Assembly: GCF_009914755.1 (NCBI RefSeq)
Contig: NC_060926.1
Direction: 5' to 3' (one strand)
DNA length: 64,000 nt
Source: the human T2T-CHM13v2.0 reference genome, Homo sapiens
Shown here: in pieces, positions 26,236-44,700 of the stretch
Numbering within the stretch: position 1 is the stretch's first letter
Layout: each line of letters begins with the position of its first letter
Program-made: the position numbers and the translations under genes
Notes under the pieces: model-generated
Told to the model about the DNA's origin: nothing
Database searches by the model: none
What the model saw: only the letters and a program-made list of their open reading frames with translations

Positions 26236-27179
26236 GTGGTGATTGTTATAAGCTGTGCAACTCTGGGCAAGTCATAACATTCCTGAGAATCACCTAAAAA
26301 CAATCTTACCTTTAATAATTTGGCTTTGATCATGGTTAATCACAAGAGAGAATGTAGAGAAAAAGTCATTTAAACCCAGAAATGCAATATACATTAAAGT
26401 ATAATTATACTAAGTGTTAGTTGAGATGTAGTTCTAAGGCTCCCCTGCTCAAAAAATATATTAAATTTTAAAAAGGAAAAGAAAAACCACACACAAAAAA
26501 ATACTTTTTATACTTCCACAACATCATTGGAGTTAATTACTGACATCTAAGAATCTAGGGTGGAAAACATTTTTCTACACTCATAAATCAGTTGGAATGA
26601 AACAGTTGTTAATTTTTAAAAGTATGTATCATCTAGACTTGGAGTAACAAGTACTAGATTTACCATTCTCCTCGTCATTCACCTGAATAAATTAAAAAAT
26701 GGACAAAAATACATGAAATAACACTTTCAAGACATTGAACAGCAGTCACCCTGAGAGATGGGAAACAAACAAGGAAAGCCTTACAATTGCCTCGGCTTAC
26801 TGCCTTGTGAAAGTTTCTAGGCCTTAGTGATAAAAGGGCTAGATACTGACAGACTCCATGACTTGAGGAGATGAAGCTGAGTGTTTGGGGAGACCAAGCC
26901 TGCTGGAATTTGGTGAACAGAGTAATGGAGTCCTGGGCAGAGCATTGAAGAGATATACAGAGGTTTCTGTGGGAGTATTCAGCTGTGTCTTCACAAGTGT
27001 GTGAGGAAACAATCCAAGTCTGAGGAAAGAACCTTCAGAAAAGGTTAGAGGTCTCATTGCCCAGTGATGACTCAGGAAAGTCAATAGTACCTGTATCCTC
27101 CAGACAGATTGATTCATGAGGTAAGGGGTAGAGGAAATATTGAGAAACTACATAACATACTTCTTAAAAACCCATGGAT

Positions 27180-27519
<340 letters not shown>

Positions 27520-28252
27520 TTACCACTATTTGGAATGTAATGAAAATGAAAACATAGCACATCAAAATGTGTAGTGACACTAAAGCAAACTTAGGAATTA
27601 TTTATAGCACTAAATGTCTATATCAGAAAAGAAAAAAAAAAAAGAGGTAAAATCAATGACCTTAGCTTCCACCTTCAGAAACTAGAAAAAGAAGAGTTTT
27701 TATGCCAAAGTATCTAAGAAAAAGGAAATAATAAAGATAACAGCAGAAATAAATGAAATATAAAAGGAATATATATAATATTCCACATATATGATACCTA
27801 TATGATAAAAAAATATATATATATATGGAAAAGCAATGAAACCAAAATTTGTTTCCTTGAGATCAATAAAATAGATGATATTTTAGCCAAATATGGGAAA
27901 AATAGAGAGATGACACAAATTATCAATTTTGGAAATCAGAAAGGTGGCATGACCACCATGTATTCTACAGATGGCTAAAAGGATTGGAATGGAACATTAT
28001 CATTCTCATTATGCCAATAAACTTGACAACTTAGATAAAATGGACAACTTCATTAAAAGATACAAATTATCAAAGCTCACAGAAAGAAAAAATAGACCAA
28101 ACAGCCCTGTATCTAGTAAATAAATGAAATTTATTCTAAAAATTTATAATTTTTAATACTTTAAAAATAATTTTTACAAAGGAAACTCAATGGCCAGATA
28201 ACCTAACTGGTGAACTCTACCAAATGTTTTGGGTAGAAATCAGAAGAGTTCG

Positions 28253-28606
<354 letters not shown>

Positions 28607-30193
28607 TCAGCATTACACAGATACCAAAACTTGACAAAGTCATTACAAAAATAGAAAACTAAAAATTAATATTCCTGGTAAACATTGATGCAGAAATTCT
28701 AAATAAAATTAGCAAATCAAGTTTCTCCGTATGTCAAATAAATAATATATCTGATTAAGTAGTGTTCATTGCAGAAATGCAAGGTTGGTTTAGCATTCAA
28801 AAATCCATCAAGGTAATTCACCGTATCAAGAAACTAAAAAAAATTGATTGGTCATCTGAATAGAGTCAAGAAAAGTATATAACAAACTCAGTCTACTCCT
28901 GAATTTAAAAAGAAAACCAAAAACAAACAAACAAAAGCCCTGAGCAAACTATTTATAGAAAACTCATCAACCTGATAAAGGGTTTGAGCAAAAAAACCTA
29001 CACATATTTAATGTTAAAACATTGAATGCTTTCCTTCTAAGATCAGGAATAAATAAAGATTTTGGATCTTACTACATCTACTTAACATTATACTGGAAGT
29101 TTTAGGCACAGCAACAAGGTCGGAAGAATAAATTAAGCCATCCATATTAGGGAGGAAAAATTAAGACTATAATTCCAGAAGACAAGATTATCTACAAAAT
29201 CCAATGGAATCTACAAAAGTATTGCTGAAACAAATAAGACAGTCTTCTTATCAAGGTTGTAGAATATAAGAACAATGTATAAAAGTCAACTTTATTTCTA
29301 TACACTAGCAACAAACAGCAGAAAACTGATATTAAACATTATCTAAAATAATGTAAAAAATATGAAAAAGTGATAAATCTGACAAAAGATGTGCAAGACC
29401 TCTATGCTAAAAACTGCTGTATATTACTGAAATTAAAGACCTAAATGAATGAAGATAAATACTATTATTTATTAATAGTTAGTAGACTCAATATGATATT
29501 AAGATGACAATTCTCCCTCAGATCAATATAGATTCACTGCAATAGCAAGTGTATTGTATTTACTTACTATTGCATATCAATATAGATTCAATGCAATAGT
29601 TAAGTGTATTGTATTTACTTAACTATTGCATTGAATCTATATTGATAAGCAATAGTAAATAAAACTTATTTTGTTAGGTAGAAATTGACAAGTTGATTCT
29701 ATCCATATAGATATACAAGGGATGTATAATAGCTAAAAATGCATTAATAAAGAAAAAAGTTAGAGAATTAACAAAGTAGGATTTAAAATGTATTATAAAG
29801 CTATAATAATCAAGACTGTGTGTTATTAACATAAAGACAGACAAAGGAACAGAACTGAAAATCTGGAAATAAACTTAACACATACGTGGACAACTGATTT
29901 CTAACAAATATGCAAAGGCTGTTTAGTAGAGAAAGAATAGTAGTTTCAAAAATATTATTAGAACAACTGAATGTCTATGTGGGGGGGAAAAACAACTCCA
30001 ATCCATAACTTATACCATGAAAATATTAATTCAAAATGTAAAAATATAAAATTATAAAAGAAAACATAGGAGAAGAACTTGTGTAACCATTGATTAGACA
30101 AATATTCCTTAGATATGACACCAAAAGTATGAGTCATAAGAGAATGGATTGGTAAATTAGATATCATTAAAATTTAAAAACTTGTGCTTTTCA

Positions 30194-30494
30194 GGCCGGG
30201 CATGGTGGCTCACGCCTGTAATCCCAGCACTTTGGGAGGCCAAGGTGGGCAGATCACTTAAGGTCAGGAGTTTGAGAGTAGCCTGGCCAACATGGTGCAA
30301 CCCCATCTCTACTAAAAATACAAAAATTAGCTGGGCGTGGTCGTGGGCGCCTGTAATCCCACCTACTTGGGAGGCTGAGGCAGGAGAATCACTTCAACCT
30401 GGGAGGCGGAGCTTGCAGTGAGCCGAGATAGTGCCACTGCACTCCAGCCTGAGCAACAAAGTGAGACTTCGTCTCAAAAACAAACAAACAAACA
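30194..30494 (+). mobile_element. AluS
   Basis: Full dimer; perfect TSD aaaaacttgtgcttttca on both sides. Confidence 0.95.
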
Positions 30495-31448
30495 AAAAAA
30501 CTTGTGCTTTTCAAAGCCACTATTAAGAGAAAGAGAAGTGAAGGCACTGACAGAAAAAAAGAAGTTAGCAAATTATATATCTGATAATGGATTTGTATCT
30601 AGAAAAAAAAACTCTCAAAACTCAGTAATAAGAAAACATTCAACTCAATAAAAAATGAGCAAAATAACTTGAATAGACACTTCACTAAGAAAGGTCTACA
30701 AATGGCAAATAAGCAATTGAGTAAATCCTCAGCAGTTAGTGGGGAAATGAAATTTAAACCACAATGAGATTACACTATGCATTTATTAGAAAAAGAAAGG
30801 TTAAGAAGGCTGACCATGTTGGTGATAATATGGAAGAACTGCACCTGCAATGCTGGTGGCGATGTACAATGGTACACTAAACTCCAAAAAACAGTTTTAG
30901 TACTTTTTAAACACTCTTGAGTATTTACTCAGTGGAAAGGAAAATGTATATTCATACAAAGAGTTGTATGCCAATATTCATAGCAGCTTTATTTGTAATA
31001 CCGAAAGCCAGAAACAATCCAAATGTCCATCAGCAGGTCAATGAATAAACTATGCTTTGTCCATACAAAGAATGTGTGCAAACTATTAATGCACCCTACA
31101 ACTTTGGTGAATTTTGTAATAATTATGCTGAATGAAACAAGCCAGGCAAAAAGATTACATACTATATGACTTCATTTGTATAAAATTTTAGTAAATGCAA
31201 ACTAATCTATGAAATCAGATAACTTGTCTGGGGACATGAGATTGAGGTGGCAGAGGGAGGATTGCAGGGAGGGATTACCAAGGGGAGCATGAAAACTTTT
31301 AGTGGTAATGTATGTATTCATTATCTTGATTGTGGTGACAGCCTCACAAGTTTCACCTATGACAAAACTTCTTATTGAGTGGTACAATTTAAATATATGC
31401 AGTTCATTATATGTTAGTTATACTTTAATAAAGCTGTTAAGAATTAAA

Positions 31449-31488
31449 ACACACACACACAGAGAGAGAGACAGAGAGAGAGAGAGAG
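31449..31488. repeat. (CA)n(GA)n compound microsatellite at the L1 tail
   Basis: Seen directly. Confidence 0.9.
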
Positions 31489-32719
31489 GCATACTCCAAA
31501 GAGAAACAAATGAAGGAAAAATGTAGTTCAAAGTATCTACTTAACAGTAAACCTCTATACTTTAGGTTAGATTCTCAATATATCATAGTCCAGTTACTTT
31601 TAAATATCCCTGTTGATCTGATTATAACAGTCTACCTCCCAGGACAACTGTATTCATTAAATGAAGTAATACTCATTAAAGCTGTTTATAAATAAACTGT
31701 ATGGCAATATTACTTTTTATTATAATTAACCTTAAAATAAGCTCTTTTGTCAGTAACTAATATTTTAATTAACAAGATCGAATTTACTTCAAGTACCCCA
31801 ATTTTCTTTTGCTTGCAAATCACAGTGAAAACAATAGTATATTTACCTGAAGAATATAGCTAAGTGAAATGTCTTCTCATGTGAAATCCATGTATTTCCA
31901 ATTTGTACAAGCAATGAAGTGGAAAAGAAATGAGAGCTGACATAATAAATAGTGGAAAAATGAAAAGCAGGGGTTCCCATTGAACAGAATAGTATGGTAA
32001 ATGAGACAATGAAATTTGTCAACCTTTAGGGGCTTATAGTATCCAGACTTTTTAAAAATACTTAAAGAAAGTAAAGAATTTTCTAAGCAATGTCTACACA
32101 ATTCAAATTTTGACAAGTGAAAACATCAGCCGTAATAATTTATTAGAAATCATTTTAGACAAAAATCCAGCTGATTTATTTCTCTTAGAGTTCTTTGCCT
32201 TTTTGTAAACTTAATTCATACAAATCTGATGAAAGTAGGTTATTTGTCAGTGTGTAAAACTTGACTGGTTTTTTTTTTTGGATCAGTCATAGAAACCAAA
32301 CTATAATAGAAATATGGAGATGGTTTTGCAGGATACTTTTCTTTAAATATGATAAATCACTCTCTTAATGATAATATAGAGATTATTAGCCTTTTTAAAA
32401 AATCCTATGAAATCATAAACTGACATCATGTGTGTGTAGTCTCCACAAAGAATGCAGACCAATCTTAATGATTTGGTTCAGCAAATGTTTCTCTTGTTCC
32501 CCATTTGGTGCAGGCTGAACCTTAAACATATTGAAGAATAGCTTGAAGTTTTAGCTTCTGTGCCTGCAACTAGTTTTTCTGTCATCTCGGCCACCACTTT
32601 GCTTTGAACCATTGTTTAAACATATATTTTCATTCAAAGAAGGGCTTTTTAAATTTAAACCACAGAATAAAAAATATTTCTAGATAAGAGGCAATGAGAC
32701 AGTGCTACTAAAGATTGTC

Positions 32720-32734
32720 ATATATATATTTATA

Positions 32735-32791
<57 letters not shown>
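32720..32791. repeat. (TA)n microsatellite with ~24 uninterrupted units at 32743-32790
   Basis: Seen directly. Confidence 0.95.
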
Positions 32792-32793
<2 letters not shown>

Positions 32794-35700
32794 CTAAAGC
32801 ACAGGGTGAGTAGGTGTCACAGAATAATATTTCATTATGGTTCCTAATAGAATTCTGTTTATCCAAAACAAATGTGTTAGAATTTTATTTTGAATATTAA
32901 CTGCTATAAATAACTGGCTTTGTATGCTCCTTTAGAAAAAAATAAGTGAACAACAGGTAAATTAGACATTAATCAAGCTTTAGAAGAACATTAGCAAACA
33001 TTAACAAAACTTGTATTGCTCTTAAAATTATAATAGCTTAAGGCATCGTAATTTCAATAACTACATTCCTCTATTAATATTTTTGGTTCAGAAAACTGGA
33101 ATATGAGAAGAGCTTTATATTTGCCTTTGATATGATGCTTTACCTTGTAAACATTCAATTTGGAGACATGCTTATAGTTTTAGAAAAATAAAGCACTTAA
33201 AGTTGTTTAGATGCACTAAAACTTGGTATTAATCTCTGGTTCTCTTTTATATTCATTTAATTATTTCTTAAACTAATTGAAAATAATTTTGAGGTGGTCG
33301 GTACCACCCATAATTCGTTTTTAAAGCATAACCACTTATTTATACCTTTTCTATTATTTCTAAAATCATCCTAAGAGATTACTAACATGAAAATTCACAA
33401 TTGAAATGATTCAAAACAAAGCAACCGAGAGGAAAGATGAAAATGAAGGGCAAGAGAAATAAAGTAACAAGAAAATGGGATAAACTAGTCACATTGAATA
33501 ATCAATAACTTTATTCAAATATTCCTGACAGCTAAAGTGAAAATAAATTAGTAAATAAAATTGCACTGAACCTTTTTTTTTCTTCAGATGAAAGGAACTA
33601 GATTCTGAAAGGCATTGCCCAGTAGACACAAAGCAGTTGATATGTTAGACCATGTTTTAGCAAACATCCACTAATGCCTTTAAATGGATAGTGGGTTTCT
33701 TGGGTGCACTAAGAGAAAATTATCAATTTTATTGCTTTCCAGTGATTTGATCTCATAAAGGAATATATCTTGAAGATAGAGTATCATTTGGGGTTTTTCT
33801 GTAAATAAAACGTATCTAAATTCAGTCAAGCTTAAATGTTGGTCAATTCACATTTGAATTATGTTAGCATTCTTTTCTCTTAATAAAAATAGAACTCACA
33901 TACACAAGATGCAGGGATGTAGATACTAACATTAGTGGCTGGTCATGAAAACTATGATATAAACTTTTTCTCCTACTCAGACCCATCACATTTCTTCACA
34001 GGTTTGGTTCACAGGGTTGCTTGTGAATAATGTTATTAGAGAATGGATTTGCTTGGATACAACTTGGTAAAGAGATTAAAATGTAATAAAGATACAAATT
34101 GTCTAGATATTTTTGGTTATGCTATTTGTTATCTGTGCAACGCATAGAATAATTGGCCATTACTGGCTACAATGAAATATCTATGCTAGCTTGTAACAGC
34201 TGTCTTGGAACTAAACAAACTAAAAATTTTGGAGAAGTTAAATATGAGCTTTGTTAGGCAATTTCATGAGGATTTAGAAGATGGTAAAACAAATCCTAGA
34301 GTTATGAGAAGATAGGTGAGGTTTGAACTGAGTGTTAAAGAACTGACAGAAGTTAGCTATGTCAGGAATAAGAAAGGCATTTGAGGAACAGAATACCACA
34401 TCTGTGGAATTAGAATATGTGTCATAAACCTAGCCCTCTTGCATTAATAACATTCATTTCTTCTCTTTCATGACCTCACAAAATCTCATCATATGAGTGT
34501 TTCTCTGGAGAATTGTAAGCATATACTGTATTGGTAAACCAACAAAAATACTCGTCTACTATCTAACCAATCATGAATACTATCTGTTTATTTTATTCAT
34601 CTATATATATATCTATCTAATTTATGTGTATGTGAGTCTATGTTAGCATAAAAACTAAATATTTATGAGGGCCCAAAATGTAAGTCTCTAGTGGTAGTTA
34701 CTGTAGAAGCTATATTGTAACAATGATATATGGATAAAAATTTTACAGTATTAGATGTCTCTATAAAAATAAATGCTGAATGGTACTCGCAAGACATCCT
34801 GAATGAGTTGGAACTAGGATAGTAAAGGAAATTATAAAATTATGGAACCCTGAAAGATGGACAGGAATTAAATGCATAAAAAGAAAAAGAAATCGAATGA
34901 AAATTATACAAAAATAGTAATGTATAAAGTATACATTTTCATTTCCATTAATAAATAAAGAAGTGAATGATATTTTATAGGGCTTATCCAGAAATACACA
35001 TTGGAAATGTTTTGTTGGAAAATCAATCTAATTGAGAAAGTTTTTCTGTCTTCTTGAATGATACCATTAGATGGAAATAAAGGTACACACAAGAAAAATA
35101 AACAATTAACTTCTGAACCATGATAAAAACACTTTTGAAAATATTATTCTTTAACAGATACAAGGATATTTTAAACATACTAAGCAGAATGTCCCTGTAT
35201 ATAGCAATAAGCCAGGAATACCTGGCTTTTTAGTGAATTTCAGTACATTAAGTAACCAACACTCTTATTAGAGACCAATGTCTAAAATGTCAACTTTGAG
35301 AAACATACTTCATTGCTGTGGCTTTCTGACCCTTCTCTGCTCATATGAACAGATATTCCACGTGCATGTTACCCTTAAAAGTCTTTATAATCTTTCTGAT
35401 CCCAAACATAAAGGACTTAAATTCAGCGGTTTGAATTTATGGCAATAAAAACAGCTATATGAAGAATGTTAATGTGCTCAGAATTATTGAACAGACAAGT
35501 TTCATATCCCCTTAAGGCCAAATTTCACTAGAGCCTCCCATTAAGTGTGCTTAATCAAACAAAATGATGCTGAAAATTAAGTCAATTATCCTGCTGATTT
35601 ACATTTGAAATGTCCCTGAAATATTCTAATAAAGAAATGTTTAACTTTCTTTTAAATCTAAATATATGCTGCCGTGAATTGACTTTTAGCTATTTATTTT

Positions 35701-36385
35701 ACAAATTAGGGTTTCATTTTTCTTACGTGGAAAGGGAAAGTTAAAGTAAATAACTTGTAAAAAAATAGCTTTAAAATTTTAAAAAGCATTTATACAGATT
35801 GGGTTTGATTAATGAGCTACAACTGCCATTAAATTCAAATGAAATGTGCAAATAAGTTTAAGTCAGGAAATTTACTGGTTAATTTTAAAATGTTTGTCAG
35901 TTCTTGGGCATACTCAGTCCCTGGTCTCGGTTTCCTAGAACTTATGCTAGAGGGAGACCATAGACGATAAATGAGTAAGCAGAAATATTATTCTGTTAAT
36001 TTCAGATAAAGTCAAGTGCCTAGAAGAAAATAAAATAAGGTAAAATGTTGTGAATGACAGAGGTGGAGGATGAAGGGTAGAGAACTACATTACCTAGAGT
36101 GGTCAGAGAAACCCTCCCAGGGGACATTTGGGCTGATACCAGATGACAGGAAGCATCTATCTATGCAAGGATTTGCAGGGGGGAACATTCAGCATAGAAA
36201 AAAAATGATAAATGCAAAAGGCCTTATGCAGCTATGAAGTGAGCTCAGTTCTCCTGTTCCAAGTCTATAGGATCACAAATAGCCTGAAGAATTGGGAGGG
36301 TTAGGAGAGAGGTCATCCTCTCAGAATAATGTTTTGGTTGACTGATTTGTTCAGCATACAATTAATGTGTACCTATTTGCCACAT

Positions 36386-36683
36386 ACAATCACACACTAC
36401 ATAATTGTGTTTTGGTCAACAACGACACATATACAATGGTGGTCCCATAGGATACTACTGTATTTTTACTATATCTTTTCTATATGTAGATATTTTTAGA
36501 TACACAAATACTTACCATTGTGTTACAGTTGCCCACAGCATTCATTACAGACACATGCTTTTCAAGTTTGTAAGCTGTACCATCTAGGTTTGTATAAGAA
36601 CATTCTGTAATGTTCACATGATAATGAAATCACCTAATGGTGCATTCCTCAAACTGTATCCCAGTCTTTCAGTGTTGCATGTA
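36386..36683. mobile_element. Tigger3/MER7-like TcMar DNA transposon
   Basis: catatacaatggtggtcccatag...tagatacacaaatacttaccattgtgttacagttgcc...tctaggtttgtataag...aatcacctaatg. Confidence 0.8.
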
Positions 36684-37290
36684 CACCGAGTACAGTTACA
36701 AAAGATGTACAAGAGATGTTTTCTAAGAGATTATATTTTGATGAAGGCTTACATTTGAATAATACATAATAAAATAAATAATAATAAAATCATTTTACAA
36801 GTATTGTTATAATGGATCTAGTATAGATTAAATATATAAGAAGGTTTTTTCTCATTATTTTGTTTCTTATCTTGAATGCATTTTGTAACATTTGCATTAT
36901 ACTTCAGATCACCTCTAAGTATCAGCCAACTATAAATCAACCCTCATTTTACCTATCAATCAGTATAAATATTCACATACCTAAACCTGCAATAGACCCT
37001 GTGGATGGCATATACGCAAGGTGTGGTTCTTGATTTCTTTCACTGTGTGGGTATGTAAGATAGCAAATAGCACCTGATAATGTACGAAGTTCTAGGTATC
37101 ATTTGAAGATGCAGATATATAGTGCATTAAGTTCAAAGGAGGGAACGATTGCTGTGGTCTAAGACATTCATGGAAGAATTTAGAAATAAAAAATTTAAGG
37201 GTATATGTAGTCTTGTGAAAAGAAGCAGAAAAGCATGGCCTGGAAATCTGTGTACTCTCAGTTTACAAAGTTCTCTGCTGCTGTGATCCT

Positions 37291-39908
<2,618 letters not shown>

Positions 39909-41239
39909 CTCCTACTTTGTTCTTTGAGGCATATCTAAGTTTAGAGTAGAACATCTGATTTCCTGCCTTTTGTTTTCCCTATGGAAGATTACATGAATGA
40001 AGTATTACTAAAGCATTACATGTGTATCTTATAAAACTAAGATTTAAATGGCAGGATTAATAAAGTATTTATTAAAAATTCAATAAATTGAGCCTATTAT
40101 TTTTATATACCTATATCTGATCCCTTAAAGACATCTAGGACAAAATTCCAAATCTGTTGTTTTTGTATATGTTCAGTTAGGAAACCTACTGAACCTCGCT
40201 CGTCAAAATTAATGCATTCAAAATTGAATCTATGTATTTTTTATTAAAGAGCCAACTTTAAATCTCTATGGTAACGACTGCAATAAATGTGCAACATCTT
40301 AAGCTATGATTATATTGTCACACTTAGTGATGTCTATCTTCATTACATGACTACCAATCGTTTTACTGTTGTTCTAGTCAACCAGAAATGTAGTTAAAAA
40401 AGGAAACCAATTATGAGATTTATTTAAATAAGACCGAACAATTTCTGCAATAACAGATTCTAGATACTAGGACTGACTCTGAGTGTGTGAGATAATGTTG
40501 AGGGGAGAATTTCATCCAACTGTAAAAAATTGAGTGGTAAGTACCAATACGTAATTACTACTGAGAAATTAAGTATAATTGAAAAGCTAGTTGTTGATTT
40601 TCAGTACTACCCTTAAAAATTATATTCAACCAAACAATATTTACAACATTTTCAAAATTCCAAATTTGATGCATTAGGAATTCTAAAGATGTTTTATAAT
40701 TGTCAAACTAACCATGTGGTTACACTGCAAATATGCCAAAATTGAAATAAACATTTTTGGTATGGAATTATTAGCATTTCTGTACTGCCACCATGATACA
40801 CCTGCATGTGATAATATATTTCTGCATGCCCTACTCTATCATCAAAGTTTTGGCAACATTTTCCCACTTACTTGCTTACTCCATAGCCTAGTAATATGTG
40901 ATCCCTGACCAAAATATTTTTTCTCTATTTTAAGTGGTCAACCAAATTCTATATTTACTTTTTAAAATCCTATATTTTAGTTGGTCAACCAACTTTATAT
41001 TCCATATTATTAATTGGCCAATAAAAGCTATTTGCATTTGCGAAAAACATCATAACTTATGGAATTCCTAAATTAAGATAAAAATCTATACAAAACTTTA
41101 AGCGTACTGTGTCCCACACTAATCCTGTAATGGTCTATTTGGATAGTAATTAGACCTGATGGAAGACTACTGCTCCTTCATCATTTCTCTGACCCTACAA
41201 GAGAAGACCTCAGGAACTGCAAGATTTCTTTTCATATTT

Positions 41240-41750
41240 GGGGAACAAAATGGAAGCTCTTGATTCTATAAAGTTATGGAAAGTTAAAGATGTACCAGGA
41301 GCAGTTGGAAATGTGTTGCAGGGTTGAGGCAAAGGATAAGGAATTAAATGGGTGTATGAGGATTGATTAATTTGCCAAGGAAGAAAATAGGGACAGCAAA
41401 AGAGCAAGGCATTTCCTTAGGTAGCACCTACTTTAGGGGTGGGAGAAAGAAGAAAAAGTGATTGCTAAGTCAAAACTGTCAGTGAAGAACAAATAAAATG
41501 TCACAAAAACTTAGAAAGTTATGGTGATTGTCAACAGTGTCAAATGCTACAGAGAAGTCAGGAAGTAGGAATAATGTAAGCTCATAAAAAGTTTCATGAG
41601 CAGTTTCAGATGATGGATTCAAGATAGTGGAATATAAGATGATAAGATAATTGGATTGTGAAAACATGTAGTGGGGGAAAAATCTTTTTAAGACATTTGC
41701 CCGCAAATAAGAAGGAAAAATCATAGTAACTTTAAGGTTAAATATGAGCA
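41240..41750 (+). mobile_element. L2 relic
   Basis: ggtgattgtcaacagtgtcaaatgctacagagaagtcaggaag is a typical L2 block. Confidence 0.6.
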
Positions 41751-44700
41751 AAGTAATTATTTTGTATTTTCTATCATTTCATTTTATCATAAATTTAAAA
41801 TAAAATATCATCTATTATATTTTAGATAGGTAAAATATCTAAAAATGAATAAGGAACTAGTTTTAAATATGCGGTGATATCTAAAAAGAAAAAGAAAGGG
41901 ATAATTGATGAGATAAATACCTACAGGTATTGGACAAATGGTATAGCAATAAAGAATATCTGTGTGACACTTAGTTTACAGTGCAGTTTCACACTCATTA
42001 TTTTACTATGTCCTTACCAGAACACTCTAGATGAGTTCTTATTATCATCTTATTCTATAGTTGAAGGTTCTGAGCCTCAGATAAATTGTCATGTGCCTAG
42101 AAATTGGCAGGGCTAAACATCAAACTCACATCTCCTGACTCCAAGTCAGGAACCTTAATACGAGTTCAGGAGACCAAGGGCAAGGGTGAACTTCAGAGAA
42201 GACGATTGACTTTCTTTCCTAAAATGGAAAGAAGAAACTAAGGATATTTGAGACATTTCGAGGTAGAAATGAGTAGAAAATCAGGTGAGCTCTTTTTGAT
42301 CTCAAGGAAAGTGGAGGCAAGAGATTATTTTCAGAGAAGATAGAATTTATATGGAGCTTGATAACAGGTGAAAATTTTGGATTAATCACAGCTTCTTCAA
42401 CAAGCATTTGAATGAGCATTTGATGTTCTCTATGGAGCAACTTTTAAATTTCACAAGAATAACATTTTGAAGTACTAGTGTACCAAGGAAATTATCTTTA
42501 CTGGACTTTAAGCATCATATCTAAAGAAATAAACTTTGCACTCCCCTCTCCTTGTTTGTGACTGACAAGTTAGCAAAGCAATATGCCAAATGTTGCTATT
42601 TCATGGTTATTTCTTTACTCTTCTAAAGTGTAATGTAACCTTCATTGACTATTACCAATTAATTTTTTTAATAAAAAACTGTCAAAAGTAGAGTATTAAT
42701 TTCCTTCTTAGGATGTTTGTGGGTTTCTTGAATAAGTACTTGAGGTGACATTAACATGGATATTTTTAGGTGTTTCACATTGGTTCTTGCCAAACTCTAT
42801 ATAGCAAAAAAAAAAGTGCCTGTAAGATGAGTTTTGAGAGGTACTCATATTTTCCATTGACAGCATTAGAATTTTAGATATGCCCCCTAGGGAAAGTACT
42901 TATTTGAAGCAAAACTTACAGCTTTAAAAAATAATGTCTTAGGTTCTTGACTAGAAACAAAATGACTCTAGCTGATTAAAAGCCAGGAGAAAGGCATCCT
43001 GTCTATCACGATGGTGGGGGTGAGAAACTCTCAAGTCCCCTTCTTGTAAGCATGAGAGACTGTTTATTTATTTATTTCACTGTCAAATGCAAACTGATGA
43101 CTAGACTTTAACTTTAATATGCCCAGTTTTGACATTCACAACTAGACTGGCCTGTAAGCTACTAGAGAGCTATGTATTATTATTATTCTTTTTCTATGCC
43201 CCAGAGCCCAGCATTGTGCTTGACAACACACAAAGTAATTGGCTAATATATATTTGCTGAATATATGCCAGCCAGGATCTTAGAAAAAAATTCTCAAGAG
43301 GAGACAGGTTGTCCTATTTCCTCAAATTTATCACAATTCTCTACATTTGGGACACACATGACCACTTTACAAATTACACAGGAAATTTAATTGAAACTGA
43401 AATTCTGTAACTCCAATTAGGAGAGGTGGACATTTACAGATGGAGAGACTGAAGGAAAACTTTTTCTGAGCTACCAGGTTTTCTTTTCCACTCAAGTTCT
43501 TTTTATGTATTGCTGGCATCTGTGAAAGAGCAAGAGATGCCATATATTGCAGCTGGGTACCCAGGTGGTCTACTGATATTCAAAGGGGACTGGTTTGGCA
43601 TGAATTCTAGGGCAGCGTCACGCAGCTGTCATGAGCCACTCTGTGGCTAGAAGCAGCAGATGTTACTGATATCTGAAAGGCAGTCACATCAGACATGGGA
43701 GAAGACCAATGTAAAATGCAAGGTATCTGACCTACATATCATTTAAGAAATCACACACATTTTCCATTCAGTTTTCAAATTTACATCCACATACAATTTT
43801 TTTCACAGTTGAGAGTAATTGATAGGCTTAATTATACAACGAGGAAAACAAAAATTCCAATAATTCTACTTTTGTCTTAATAATCACTTAAATATACTGA
43901 AAATACTTTCAAAGCCTCCAGGATGTATTATACCTTAACATTATTAATTATTAAAAGATGAAAAAGTGTTACTGTATCATATATTATTTTTGTTTCCTTT
44001 CTTCATGAGTTACTGTTTGAAACAATTTGTGCTCATAAAAAAGCAATGCTTGTTTATAATGTGAAAACCTAACCATTAATTTCTTAAGCAGAACCATCTT
44101 ATATTATGTAGGATTTCTAATATCTGACAGATGGCCTTACATTTTTTATTTCTTGCCTGTTATATTCATACATTTTATTTACACAGAGAACGGAAGATTT
44201 GCCACAATACAATCAGAACCATGTGTTGTATTGTTGATCTAAAGGACAATTGGGATTTTCTGAAATATCAGCAGCCCTAATAAGATGTGGAGTAATGACA
44301 TGTAACAATTTTTCTGATTCCAGAAAACACAAAAGCCATAAAGTGTGGTGATCAATCCTAAAGGTCAGAAAACTCCAAGGCAAAGAAAGTTGTCGAAAGG
44401 CAAAAAGTGACAGTAGATTGTACATTAGGAAATGTTGGCATGAGTATTTTGGGGGTAGCTTCACTGTGTTTTTGAGCTGCTAGGAATGGGTTTCTGGTTT
44501 TGAGAGGAGTGGGAGATGAGATTAAAGGCTCCATCTGTGATCAATACCACTTCACCATACCTCTCACACACACCGGTTCATGCACATTTTGTTCTTAAAC
44601 ACATCCTCTCCTTCAACTCTACATTCAGTCTATACACACCTTTGCATTCTTTCACTCTACTTTTTCCTCTCCCTTTCCGCACCCCCACTCTGCCCCCACC

